A stretch of DNA of 64,000 nt from Trueperaceae bacterium (GTDB taxonomy: Bacteria; Deinococcota; Deinococci; Deinococcales; Trueperaceae): the NCBI GenBank assembly GCA_965213925.1, contig OZ243927.1:4320001-4384000 (forward strand). The letters are read 5' to 3'. Positions within the stretch are counted from its first letter, which is position 1, and each line of letters starts with the position of its first letter. Positions 48,742 through 60,072 of the stretch are shown piece by piece. A program made the translations under genes and the position numbers. The notes beneath the pieces were generated by a model, which was not told where the DNA came from, ran no database searches, and saw nothing but the letters and a program-made list of their open reading frames with translations.

Positions 48742-50526
48742 TTAGGCGCGCAGTTCTATCCCTGCGCGGTCCATCTCCTCTTTAAGTGCCCGCAGCCGCT
48801 TGTGCCTTTCGCTTAGCCCCCACACGTAGCTCTCCCACTCGTCGATTTGCCCGAGCATTTCGCACAAGTCTTGTACGCGCACGAGATGTTGCGCGGCTTC
48901 GGCGTAGTTGGGGCGACCTCTCGCCTCGATCAATCTCTCTATCTGGTCACGGTAGAGCCTAATTGCCTCCTCGGGTCTCGAGCGTTCAGCAACTCGCGCC
49001 ACCGCCAAGCTGAGCTGGTTGGACGAGCGCCCCACCCGTTCCATCTGCCCTAAGCTCCCGAGCGCCGCGTCTACCGCGCCGTGTAAGAGGTAGATTTCGG
49101 TCAGCAGCGCGTAGTGTTCTCTCTGATTCAAAACCGTCAGAACCGTCTCGCGTTTAGCTTGCCAGCCGGACGTTTTTTCGCCGAGCCGCCGCATCTCCTT
49201 ATAAGTCTCAATGTAGGGGCGACGCCAGAAGAGGGTCACGCTGTAGTCAAACGCCTCCTTGAACTCGCCGCGCCGCTCGTGCCACGCTCTAAGCCATTCC
49301 AAAAAGCGGGTGTCATCGCTCGTTCGGCTGCGCTCTAGCACGAGTTCGTACGCCCTGTCTGCATGTCCACCTTCTGTAAAGAGGTCGGTGAGCCTCAGCA
49401 GTCTGTAGTCTTCCGCATTTCTGACCTCTTGGACGGCGTCGTCTAGCCGGTTAAGCTCGAGGAGCCGCGCCACGAAATCCTCTAAACGCCCCGTCTCGCG
49501 GCTGATGCGTAAAAAGGTCTCGTCGTCTAGGGTGTCAGCTTGGAGCTGGAGCAGAAACTGTCCTAAATATTCACGCTGAAAGCGTTTGCTCCAACCGTCA
49601 TCTTTCGGAATGACCTTTTCCACCCACCGCGCCACCTCTTGCCGCTCCTCTTGCGTCGCGTGCCCCACAATCGCTTCGGGAATCCCGTCGCCGATGCCGT
49701 AACCGCCCAGGTCCAAATCTTCGCAGTAGAGTTCGAATAAAGAGGTGAGGATGATGTCGCGCAAATTTCCCTCTTCCTCGTCAGCCTTCGCCAGACACTT
49801 CATCAGCCCTTCAGCGCAGTTTTGCGCCACGCTCGCTAGGCTGCCCTCTTCATCTTCAAATTCGTGATAGTCGCGCAAGACCTCATCTGCGATGGTTTTG
49901 TACGTCGTGGCGGCGCTGTTGAGCTGTCCGCTCTCCAAGTAGCGGTCTGCCATGTGGGTGACGTCGTCTAGGTCGTTTTGCGCGTAGGAAGCGTAACCAT
50001 CACCGTAACTATCGTAGCCCCGATAGGTGTCGCGCTCGTAGAGGTTGCCTAAAAGTCCCTGCATTTGCGCTTTGACCGCCTCCGTACTCACAGGTTTTTC
50101 GGTGAGGTTAGGGTCGGAGGTTTCGACGAGGGTTTCTAGGTCGGGGTAGCGCTCGACCATCTTGCTCACTAAAGCGATGAGGTCGTCTTTGCTGTAGCTA
50201 TCCAGACTCGCCTTTAGCGCTTCGACTTCGGTGAACAGCTCGGGAAAGTCTATCCGGGTCAGCAGCAAGGCGGCGGTGTGTTTGCAGCGTCCGCCGTCTC
50301 CGACGGGGCAAGAGCAGTTGGCGCGTTGAATACCCTGCTTGCTCAGTTTGACCTCGACGCGGTAGGGTCGGGGGCTACTGCCCAAACAGTCCCCCTTGAT
50401 CACCCCGTCTTGCACCCGCAGCCGCAAGAGCGCCCCCCGCTGCGCATACGGACGCCCCTTGTCTATCTCCTTTTGTCCGAGCCAAGCCCGCACGTCGTCT
50501 TTGGTGAGAGTTGAGGTCATGGTCAT
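48742..50526 (-). CDS. SWIM zinc-finger protein with a helical-repeat C-terminus
   Basis: CSCP....RCKHTAALL; RGRPNYAEA; KRLRALKEEM. Confidence 0.88.
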   Translation of the reverse strand: MTMTSTLTKDDVRAWLGQKEIDKGRPYAQRGALLRLRVQDGVIKGDCLGSSPRPYRVEVKLSKQGIQRANCSCPVGDGGRCKHTAALLLTRIDFPELFTEVEALKASLDSYSKDDLIALVSKMVERYPDLETLVETSDPNLTEKPVSTEAVKAQMQGLLGNLYERDTYRGYDSYGDGYASYAQNDLDDVTHMADRYLESGQLNSAATTYKTIADEVLRDYHEFEDEEGSLASVAQNCAEGLMKCLAKADEEEGNLRDIILTSLFELYCEDLDLGGYGIGDGIPEAIVGHATQEERQEVARWVEKVIPKDDGWSKRFQREYLGQFLLQLQADTLDDETFLRISRETGRLEDFVARLLELNRLDDAVQEVRNAEDYRLLRLTDLFTEGGHADRAYELVLERSRTSDDTRFLEWLRAWHERRGEFKEAFDYSVTLFWRRPYIETYKEMRRLGEKTSGWQAKRETVLTVLNQREHYALLTEIYLLHGAVDAALGSLGQMERVGRSSNQLSLAVARVAERSRPEEAIRLYRDQIERLIEARGRPNYAEAAQHLVRVQDLCEMLGQIDEWESYVWGLSERHKRLRALKEEMDRAGIELRA

Positions 50527-50554
50527 ACTATAAGCGAGACGTAATACGGTTTCC

Positions 50555-50588
50555 GGTTAAATACGAAATGTTTATTTCGTATTTAACC
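50555..50588. promoter_or_regulatory. Perfect 15-bp AT-rich inverted repeat in a divergent promoter region
   Basis: ggttaaatacgaaat-gttt-atttcgtatttaacc. Confidence 0.6.
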
Positions 50589-50753
50589 CGAGTGTAACGA
50601 GTTGAAAAAGATACGGATTCCGATGAGAACGCAGCGACTCAATCTCTCTCCTACACCGACGTACATGCTAAAAGGTCCATATTTTTATCTTGAAAGGTCC
50701 GCGGAGTGAAAAGCTTGTCAAGCCAACGCCGTTGGGTTCGCTACACTGCCTTC

Positions 50754-53015
50754 ATGGTTCTCGCACGGCTTCGCAACCTCTTCTCGCGGACACCTTCGCT
50801 GGGCACTAGGCTTTTCCTTATCGCCTTGGCCTCGACGCTTATCCCCTTGGGCGTGATGTTTTATACAGCGACGCTGCAGCGCCAATCGTTAGAGGCGTAC
50901 GCCAAAGAGGAAGCCCTGCGCTCGGTGCGCCTCATCTCCGCGGAGCAGCGCCAACACATCGAGCAGGCGCAGAAGCTCCTCGCCGCGCTGTCGCACGTGC
51001 CCGCGGTCAGAACCCGCGACGCCGAGGCGTGCCCCGCGCTTCTAAGCGACATCATGGCGCAGTTCCCCATCTACACGATGATAGGCGTGGTGGAGCCGAA
51101 CGGCGATATGTCTTGTAGCGCCCTACCGCTGGACAAACCCCTCAACGTCACCCACCGCGGGTGGTTTCAAGAGGTCGCCCGAACGAAGGAATTCGTCGTG
51201 GGCGACTATATGATTGGTGGCATCACGGGAAAACCTGTGTTGGCGCTTAGTCGCCCGGTGCTAGACGCGGCGGGAGGGCTCGAGGCGATGAGCGTGGTCG
51301 GGCTCAACTTGCGCTGGCTCGACGCGCTTATCGGCAACGCGCAGCTCCCCGAGGGCGCGACGCTCACCATCGTCGACGCCGAGGGCACGGTGCTCGCCAG
51401 CCGAGGACCGCGGGGTGAAGCCTTCGCCATCGGCGAGAGCCTCGCCGAGATGCCGCTCGTGCAGCAGGTGCTCGCGGAACAGACCGGCGTGACGCAGCTC
51501 GAGGTGGACACGCAACGGGAGGTCGTCGGCTTCGCGCCGCTCGACCCCGACCTCACAGCGGGTTCGGTCATTGTAAGCGTGCCGAGGGCGGTCGCCTTTG
51601 CAGAGGCGGATAGGATTTTCTACCGCAGCATCGTGATTGTACTCGTCGTCTGCGTGAGCCTACTCGCGGCGACTTGGTGGACGCTGCACCGCTACGTGGC
51701 GCGTCCGGCGCAGGTGCTCTTGCAAGCGACCACGCGGCTGCGCGACGGCGACTTAGAAGCCCGCGCCGCGCTAGAGGCAAAGGGCGAACTCGGTCAACTC
51801 GCTCGCCACTTCGACGCGATGGCGGCGTCTTTACAAGCGAGAGAAAAGGAGACCGGACACGCCAAACATCAGCTTCAGGAGGCGAACGGGAAGCTCTCAT
51901 ACTCCGTGCGGACGCTCGAGGTGCGCAACCGCGAGATGACGCTCCTGAGCCACTTCGGTGAACTTTTACAAGCGAGCTTATCCGTCCATGAGGCGTACCG
52001 GATTTTGGAGCAGGTCTCGGGCAGGCTCTTTCCTGGGCTGTCCGGTGAGGTCTATATTATAGATAGACCCCAAGGTGACGCGGTGCGTCAAGCGAGTTGG
52101 ACCTCTGGCGAAGGCGAGGGCAAACCAGGACCAGCGGAGATATCCAAAGAGGTCTTCGCGCTCACCGATTGCTGGGCGCTGCGCCGCGCACAGGCGCACC
52201 TCTATACAGAGGAGAACATGGACGTTCTTTGCACGCACCTTATGGCTCCAAGCCTTGACGGTTCCAGCGCTCAACCTCACGCTGCCTCCGAACCCGTTGC
52301 GACGCATCTATGCGTTCCGCTTATCGCACAGGGCGAGGTCTTCGGTATGCTCCACTTGCGAGGCGACGCTTTAGCGTCAGAGGACGCGCAGCGTCTTAGC
52401 CAAACTGCCGCCGAGCAGTTCGCGCTCAGCCTCTCCGGGCTCAAGCTCAAAGAGGAACTGCACTATCAGTCCACGCGCGACCCGCTGACCGGGCTCTTCA
52501 ACCGCCGCTATTTAGAGGAGACTTTGGAGCGCGAACTCGCCCGCGCTGCGCGTAATCGGACCCCTTTGGGCATTATCATGATCGATATCGACCACTTCAA
52601 GACCTTTAACGACACCTTCGGGCACCGCGCAGGCGACTACGTCTTGCGCGAAGTCGCCGCGCTCTTACAGCAGAGCGTGCGCTCGAGCGACATCTGCTGC
52701 CGCTACGGGGGCGAAGAGCTTACGCTCGTGCTGCTCGACGCTTCTTTAGAAAATACCTGCAAGCGAGCGGAGTATATCAGAGAGGCGCTCGCGGCGCTTT
52801 CCCTCACCCATGAGGGCGTTTCGCTCGGCAAGCTTACCGCTTCGTTCGGCGTGGTCAGTGCGCCGCAGCACGGCGAGCGTATAGACGACCTCTTGGAAAA
52901 GGCGGATGTGGCGCTTTACAAGGCGAAGCACTGGGGACGTAACCGCGTCGAGGCGGCGGGGGTTGAAGTTCAAGACGAGGCGGCGCAAGAAGAGGTCTCT
53001 ATAGAGAACGGTTAG
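50754..53015 (+). CDS. dCache-HAMP-GAF-GGDEF sensor diguanylate cyclase
   Basis: 2 TM helices, Cache domain, ELGQLA.HF..M HAMP, CWALRR GAF, RSSD I-site, RYGGEEL. Confidence 0.92.
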   Translation: MVLARLRNLFSRTPSLGTRLFLIALASTLIPLGVMFYTATLQRQSLEAYAKEEALRSVRLISAEQRQHIEQAQKLLAALSHVPAVRTRDAEACPALLSDIMAQFPIYTMIGVVEPNGDMSCSALPLDKPLNVTHRGWFQEVARTKEFVVGDYMIGGITGKPVLALSRPVLDAAGGLEAMSVVGLNLRWLDALIGNAQLPEGATLTIVDAEGTVLASRGPRGEAFAIGESLAEMPLVQQVLAEQTGVTQLEVDTQREVVGFAPLDPDLTAGSVIVSVPRAVAFAEADRIFYRSIVIVLVVCVSLLAATWWTLHRYVARPAQVLLQATTRLRDGDLEARAALEAKGELGQLARHFDAMAASLQAREKETGHAKHQLQEANGKLSYSVRTLEVRNREMTLLSHFGELLQASLSVHEAYRILEQVSGRLFPGLSGEVYIIDRPQGDAVRQASWTSGEGEGKPGPAEISKEVFALTDCWALRRAQAHLYTEENMDVLCTHLMAPSLDGSSAQPHAASEPVATHLCVPLIAQGEVFGMLHLRGDALASEDAQRLSQTAAEQFALSLSGLKLKEELHYQSTRDPLTGLFNRRYLEETLERELARAARNRTPLGIIMIDIDHFKTFNDTFGHRAGDYVLREVAALLQQSVRSSDICCRYGGEELTLVLLDASLENTCKRAEYIREALAALSLTHEGVSLGKLTASFGVVSAPQHGERIDDLLEKADVALYKAKHWGRNRVEAAGVEVQDEAAQEEVSIENG

Positions 53016-53275
53016 GCTGTTTCTCGCAAACACCTCTTGATGACTTTCGATTGGAGCGCTGCTTATTCCCTTGCTCAAACGGCCTGCTATGTCATCTTCT
53101 ACACTGACTCAAAAGCAGCTTCTTTATAACTGAGCGCGTCAGTGACCAGTTCCGAACGCCTTCACAAAGTCTCTAGCGAGACGCGACCACGCGCGTTACG
53201 AAGTTTTCGCACTTGCGAAACGCGTAGCCTTGAGAGACTGACCTTGATTGCGCGAAGCTTTTCGAAGAAACCTGC

Positions 53276-53671
53276 TTAACGCCCCAGCACCCGCTCGAGC
53301 AGCGCCTCAAACGACGCATCCCCCATGCGCCGCACGTTGCAGCCCTCGGTGTCTTTACAGAGCGAGACGTAGCGGTAGCGCCGCCCCTTCGAACCGGGCA
53401 ACTCGGCGCGAAACATCTGCAAGAAGTGGCGCGGCGCACTCCTCATGCAGAGGTCACAGCAGACCTGCGTAGAGGCGTTGCCCGCTTGCGAGATGGGGAT
53501 CAACACAGCGGCGCGGTCCTTCTTCTCGTCGCGAAGGAGGATGTGACCGTCGCCGTGCTCGAGCCGGTACGCCCCCGACGCAGGCAAGAGGTGTTCGTCT
53601 GTCGCAGGGAAGAACTCTAGGAGGATTTCTCTGTCGGTATAGGTCTTGGGTTGATTACTATCGTCGCTCAC
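53276..53671 (-). CDS. FBP/FusB-type C-terminal treble-clef zinc-finger protein
   Basis: CCDLC...SLCKDTEGC spacing. Confidence 0.6.
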   Translation of the reverse strand: MSDDSNQPKTYTDREILLEFFPATDEHLLPASGAYRLEHGDGHILLRDEKKDRAAVLIPISQAGNASTQVCCDLCMRSAPRHFLQMFRAELPGSKGRRYRYVSLCKDTEGCNVRRMGDASFEALLERVLGR

Positions 53672-53729
53672 TAGAGGTAGTATACGCTACGCGAGGTGAG
53701 CCGGGGAAGCCAGGTGAAACGTGGGGAAA

Positions 53730-53830
53730 AGGACTGAGAGAAGAGGACTAGGGACTGAGTAAGAAAGAGGGTTTTACTCAGTCCCTCTGCTACGCAGAAA
53801 CTTATGTAATAGCACTCAGTCCTTTAGCCT
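53730..53830. repeat. (AGGACTG)-type heptamer repeats with inverted partners
   Basis: ggactgag..ggactagggactgagtaa / ttactcagtccc..actcagtcc. Confidence 0.6.
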
Positions 53831-53914
53831 TCTTGTCACTTCTCATTGCTTTTAACCCACCGTTCGTTTGCTTCGCAAGAACTAGCGTGTACCAGCTCGA
53901 CTGGATTGCTGCTT

Positions 53915-54685
53915 CTAATACTGCCCCAAAAGTCCCAACCGCATCGCCCTCTTCTCCGCAAGCCGGTAAAGCGAAACGCCGAGCGCGAAGTATACGGCGG
54001 CGTTCGAGATGAGCGAGAGCCAGTCGAATGGGGAGAACTGCAGGAGAAACGTTCCCTCGATCATCGTGCGGCGAATCATGTCCGAGCCTTTGATGACGGG
54101 GAGTAGCTCGAGCCAGCCCACAAAGGGCGGCACCGACACGAGCGCTAAAAAGATGAACTGCGCAATCTGCAAAAACGCCTGAATCCGTTTGAATATCAGA
54201 GCGAGCCCTGCCACCATAAAGCCGATGCCGAGCATACATAAAATCGTGAAGAACAGCACGGGCAAAAGCGTCAAGAGGTCAAAGGTGAGCCACCTCTGCG
54301 CTGTGAGCATCGCGAGCACGAGCATGACCGCGATGACGAGCGCGTTGGCGAGCACGGTGCCGATCATCCGCGCTAGGAGGATGCGCCACGCGCCTACGGG
54401 CGACATGTAGAGCTGCTCCAAGGTGCCCCGCGTCGCCTCCTGCTCGATCTCCCAGCCGATGCCCTGCATCGCCATGAGCGCCAAAAACCAGAGCACCGTA
54501 TTGACGATGATGTAGGGCGTCCCCTGCGCCGCGTCTTCGGGCGAGCCGAGGAACTGAACGCCCAAGAAGAGTCCGAAGAAAACCGCGTAGAAGGTGAACA
54601 GTAAGCTGAGCGTGTTGGGCAAGTAGCGCCGCAGTTCGATGGCGACTTTGCGGACGTTCGCCTCTAAGACGTTAAACCAGAGCAT
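53915..54685 (-). CDS. ABC-2 type transporter permease
   Basis: EATRGTLEQLYMSP, about 6 TM helices, ends GLLGQY. Confidence 0.9.
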   Translation of the reverse strand: MLWFNVLEANVRKVAIELRRYLPNTLSLLFTFYAVFFGLFLGVQFLGSPEDAAQGTPYIIVNTVLWFLALMAMQGIGWEIEQEATRGTLEQLYMSPVGAWRILLARMIGTVLANALVIAVMLVLAMLTAQRWLTFDLLTLLPVLFFTILCMLGIGFMVAGLALIFKRIQAFLQIAQFIFLALVSVPPFVGWLELLPVIKGSDMIRRTMIEGTFLLQFSPFDWLSLISNAAVYFALGVSLYRLAEKRAMRLGLLGQY

Positions 54686-55673
54686 GTTCGGCCTCACCCT
54701 CGAGCTTCTCCGAGGGTTCTTTGACGAGTTCCATAAAGACCCGCTCGAAATTGACGGCGGTGCGGTCTATCGCCTCGACGGGGGTGCGCCCCAACCGCAA
54801 AATCTCCATGAGGTCATAGATGGCGTCGCTGTGCTCGAGGCTCACCTTGAGCGTCCCTTTCTCCCCGCCACTATTCTTCCCGTCGTCATAACTCAAGACC
54901 GGAAACGCACGCTCTAGCCGCCGCTGCTGCTCCGCACTGAGCGGTGCGCCCAACGTGACGACGTACGCCCTCGTCTCGAAGAGTCGCATCAAGTTCTCGA
55001 CCTTATCGTCCACCACCACACGACCCGCATTGATAATCACGGTGCGCTCGCAGAGGTCTTGCACCACGGGCATGTCGTGGGTACTCACGATGATGGTGCG
55101 CCCTGCAGCAGCGACTTGGCGGAGCAGTCCTCTCACCTCGTAACCCGTCGCTACATCTAACCCAAGCGTCGGCTCGTCTAGGAGGATAACCTCGGTCTCA
55201 GCGAGCATGGCGACGGCGATGGCGAGTTTTTGCTGCATCCCCCTCGAGAGGTTGTTGACCAGCTCACCCGCTTTCTCCTCCAGGTGAAACCGCGCTAAGA
55301 GGTTATCGATTTTGCCCCTAACGCTTCGCCGCGACACGCCCCGGTTGCCCGCGAAGTATTCCAGGTTCTCCCGCACGCTCAAGCGCCAGTAGAGGTTACG
55401 GTTGCCTTCTAGCACGGCGCTGATGTGCTTAAGCGCCTCCAACCTCTTGCGCTGATTGTCCACGCCGTTCACGGTGACGCGCCCCTCGTCGGGTTTGAGA
55501 AGTCCGCAGATCGTCTTGATCGTCGTGGTCTTCCCCGCGCCGTTCGGACCTAAGAGCCCTAAGATTTCACCTCTCGCCACCTCGAACGACACGTCTTCGA
55601 CGGCGGTAACGACCTCTTTCGACTTGCGTTTTCCGTAGCGCTTGGTGACGTGCTCGAGTCGGATGATGGGCAT
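54672..55673 (-). CDS. ABC transporter ATP-binding protein
   Basis: GPNGAGKTT, LSRGMQQK, LLDEPTLGLD, STH. Confidence 0.95.
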   Translation of the reverse strand: MPIIRLEHVTKRYGKRKSKEVVTAVEDVSFEVARGEILGLLGPNGAGKTTTIKTICGLLKPDEGRVTVNGVDNQRKRLEALKHISAVLEGNRNLYWRLSVRENLEYFAGNRGVSRRSVRGKIDNLLARFHLEEKAGELVNNLSRGMQQKLAIAVAMLAETEVILLDEPTLGLDVATGYEVRGLLRQVAAAGRTIIVSTHDMPVVQDLCERTVIINAGRVVVDDKVENLMRLFETRAYVVTLGAPLSAEQQRRLERAFPVLSYDDGKNSGGEKGTLKVSLEHSDAIYDLMEILRLGRTPVEAIDRTAVNFERVFMELVKEPSEKLEGEAEHALV

Positions 55674-55676
55674 GGC

Positions 55677-55883
55677 TTAGTGTGCGCTTTTGGCAGGCTG
55701 TCTGTCTACCTGAAAGGACCCGTGTGGAGTAGGCTCGAGCCGCTCCGCCCAACCTCTTAACGCCTGCGCCGAGCGACTTCTAAGCGACGTGTGACCCAGC
55801 ATCTTCGCGCGGTTGACCTCTTGATGATAGCGAGCGAGTTTATCTTGACCTTCTCTGATTACGAAACTCGTTTCCTTCCACAT
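55677..55883 (-). CDS. Small basic protein (..LRGWAERLEP type)
   Basis: AAGGAG RBS; similar to 56832-57020. Confidence 0.7.
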   Translation of the reverse strand: MWKETSFVIREGQDKLARYHQEVNRAKMLGHTSLRSRSAQALRGWAERLEPTPHGSFQVDRQPAKSAH

Positions 55884-56049
55884 ACTGCACTCCTTTCATT
55901 GAGTGAATTTTAGAGGTTTACTTATTAAATGCCAATTTTATTTTTATATTTGAAAATATTAAGTTCCCAAATTTGCATTTATCTTTACCTTGTTTTACTA
56001 TCACGTATCTCTCCTCGCCTAATCTCATCATGGGGGTAAGCTACTTCAA

Positions 56050-56733
56050 ATGGAAGACACCTCTTTGAACAAGCCAACAGATAAAACTGTTGTGGTGACG
56101 AACCCTGAAGCGGCGCGGGTCTTGGCGGACCCCGCCGAGCGGCGTTTCTTAAACCCCTTCATACGCGGCAATAGAACGCTCAGCGAAGCGGCGGCGGAGG
56201 TTGGGCTCAAACTCAACGCGATGCACTACCGCGTGCAAAAACTCCTAGACTTAGAGCTTATCGAAGTGGCGCGCGAGGAGCCGCGCAAGGGGCGAGCCGT
56301 CAAGGTGTACCGGGCGAGCGCCAAAGCGTTCTTTGCGCCTTTCGAAGTGACGCCTTACGCCTCATTAGAAGCGCTTATCACCGAGATGCTGCACGCCTCT
56401 TCGGAGCGCTTTATCCGCCTTCTCGCGCAGACCTTCTTGGACCGAGCCGACAGTTGGGGCGTCTTGTTGGCGAAAGAGGGAGGGAGCGGTGTCGCCCGCC
56501 TCGCGCCTTCTCGCAGACCCGAAGCGGAAAGACCGGGCGCAAGTATCCTAGACCCCGACTTTCCCGCTGTATGGATTAGCAACGGCTTCACCGCGCTCAC
56601 GTTCGAAGAGGCGAAGGCGTTTCAGCGGGAGTTGTCGGAATTGTTGGGGCGGTACTCGAGACCCGAGTCATCCTCGGAGCAACGCTACTATTTCACGTTG
56701 GGACTCACGCCCGTGAAGGACTCCCCCAAATAG
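56050..56733 (+). CDS. ArsR-like winged-helix regulator
   Basis: AARVLADP, TLSEAA, HYRVQKL..LELI, GRAVKVYRA. Confidence 0.85.
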   Translation: MEDTSLNKPTDKTVVVTNPEAARVLADPAERRFLNPFIRGNRTLSEAAAEVGLKLNAMHYRVQKLLDLELIEVAREEPRKGRAVKVYRASAKAFFAPFEVTPYASLEALITEMLHASSERFIRLLAQTFLDRADSWGVLLAKEGGSGVARLAPSRRPEAERPGASILDPDFPAVWISNGFTALTFEEAKAFQRELSELLGRYSRPESSSEQRYYFTLGLTPVKDSPK

Positions 56734-56831
56734 TGACCTTAGAGGCTAGAAATCCGAAACGTAAGCCCAGCCTCCTATGTAGAGGACTGGGCGAACCGTT
56801 TAGCGTTTTTGCTCTTCGTATTGGGTCAATT

Positions 56832-57020
56832 TTAGCGGCTTAGAAGCTCGGGCGCAGGGGCGCTTTCGACTTCGGGCTCGAGCCACTTCGCAATTTTCAT
56901 CAAGCGAGCAGCTAAGCGCTGGCGGTAGCTAGGGCGCTGGCGCTCTATAGCGGCTTCTTTCTGGAAGTCTTGTATTCGGTCTTTGGCGATGCGCTCTAAA
57001 AACTTATCCGAGTGAATCAT
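56832..57020 (-). CDS. Small basic protein (RQRLAARL..IAKWLEP)
   Basis: GAGGAG RBS; similar to 55677-55883. Confidence 0.7.
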   Translation of the reverse strand: MIHSDKFLERIAKDRIQDFQKEAAIERQRPSYRQRLAARLMKIAKWLEPEVESAPAPELLSR

Positions 57021-57077
57021 CGGCTCTCCTCTTGCTGAGGCGAAGCCGCCACACCACCTGCTCTTAAAACGTGTGGT

Positions 57078-57215
57078 TTAGCGGTTCGCCCAGTGTCTGA
57101 GAATGCGGGGGCGTCTTTCGCGGTCCGGGTAGTTGGCTAGCGCGTCGCGCTTGGCTTTGCGGCGCAGGTCGCGGGCGTGGTCTTTGGCGATTTGAAGCAT
57201 CGGGTCAGTGAACAT
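57078..57215 (-). CDS. 45-aa protein MFTDPMLQIAKDHARDLRRKAKRDALANYPDRERRPRILRHWANR, absent from the ORF track
   Basis: AAGGAG RBS; IAKD..D...A motif shared with 56832-57020. Confidence 0.65.
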   Translation of the reverse strand: MFTDPMLQIAKDHARDLRRKAKRDALANYPDRERRPRILRHWANR

Positions 57216-57331
57216 CTGGTTCTCCTTAGAAATTGCTGGTTTTGAATTGCGCAGATATTGTCCTTAGAATGTGCGCGTTAGCTTGCGCACAGTTCGGTGA
57301 GGGTATTTGTGCAGACAAACCTGCTTGGGGC

Positions 57332-57361
57332 AAAAAAAACCCCGACTGATAAGGTCGGGGA
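57332..57361 (-). terminator. Intrinsic terminator after the Cys-rich peptide
   Basis: ccccgac-cttatca-gtcgggg-tttttttt. Confidence 0.8.
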
Positions 57362-57381
57362 AACGGCGCGGCTCGAGTCAG

Positions 57382-57513
57382 TCAACTCAAACACGTCTCC
57401 CCTGGCGACGCGAAGCCCTTGCAAAGTCCAGCCATGCAGACGTTTAGGTAAGCCGCTTCGCAGCTCAGCTTCGCGCAAACTTTAGGCTTGACTTGGGTAT
57501 AAATGTAAACCAT
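57382..57513 (-). CDS. 43-aa Cys-rich peptide MVYIYTQVKPKVCAKLSCEAAYLNVCMAGLCKGFASPGETCLS, absent from the ORF track
   Basis: Strong GAGGAGG RBS, TACACT -10 box upstream, terminator directly downstream. Confidence 0.6.
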   Translation of the reverse strand: MVYIYTQVKPKVCAKLSCEAAYLNVCMAGLCKGFASPGETCLS

Positions 57514-57856
57514 CTTCGCACCTCCTCTTCCGCCCGGTTAGGGCACTTAAAAGTGTAGCAGAAAGGGCGCAACTATGCAACAAGTTATGCAGCCAAAATC
57601 GAGGTTTGGCTTTCTAAGCCTAAGTGTGACGCAGGATTGACAGATGTTTATACGGAGAAATGGGGTTTAGAGTTCATTTTTTGAGGTCCTTAGTCAATTT
57701 GAAAACCTCTCGGACGTGCTGAACGAAGGTTGACCGACGCCGATTCAACAGGCTCGCTTTAGAGGGGTTGAGGCTCGAGCAACACTCATAGCGCTTCAGC
57801 GCTCGAGCCACGAAAAAAGGGGCTCAGCGCCCCTTGAATATTTCGATATTCCGAAC

Positions 57857-58210
57857 TTAGCGCGAACTCGGCAACGACACCCGTTTGCTGAAGTTGCGCA
57901 GCTTGGCGCGGCGCTCCATCTCTTGGCTGGGCTGCTCGCGCAGTTTGCGCGTGACGACTAACGTGAGCTTGTAATCTGCACCTTGCACCTGCGAGGCGAT
58001 GAGTTCGATGTCGGCGTACGGCAAGTAGTCCTGCAGGTGAACCGGCAGCGCCATCGCGTCCTTCTTCTCGCCCCTAGTAATGAGCAGGGCGAGGTCGGTT
58101 TCGCGTTTGCCCGCGAGTATCTCCACCTCTACACCGAGGCGCTTGCGGGCGTCGCTCACGACGTCTTCGACCTGAGCGACGAGTTCGTTATGGCTCATGC
58201 TAGCGAACAT
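57857..58210 (-). CDS. Hypothetical protein
   Basis: GAGGAGG RBS, host-like codon usage. Confidence 0.65.
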   Translation of the reverse strand: MFASMSHNELVAQVEDVVSDARKRLGVEVEILAGKRETDLALLITRGEKKDAMALPVHLQDYLPYADIELIASQVQGADYKLTLVVTRKLREQPSQEMERRAKLRNFSKRVSLPSSR

Positions 58211-58280
58211 AGGTAGCCTCCTCGTAACCCCCAGTGCGGGCACCAAAGCGAGTAGCAACTCTCATAGCCTTTATCATACG

Positions 58281-59942
<1,662 letters not shown>

Positions 59943-60022
59943 CTATCGTTCGTGAGCAGCACTGAGACCCGTTGGGAGCACTTTTGGTTGAACTCAAACA
60001 TGTACGAGTGTGTAAAGCCATG

Positions 60023-60050
60023 AAAAAAGGCGAGCACGAAGCTCGCCCTT
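60023..60050 (-). terminator. Intrinsic terminator
   Basis: ggcgagc-ttcgt-gctcgcc-tttttt. Confidence 0.8.
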
Positions 60051-60072
60051 CTACTGATTACGTGAAGAAGGC

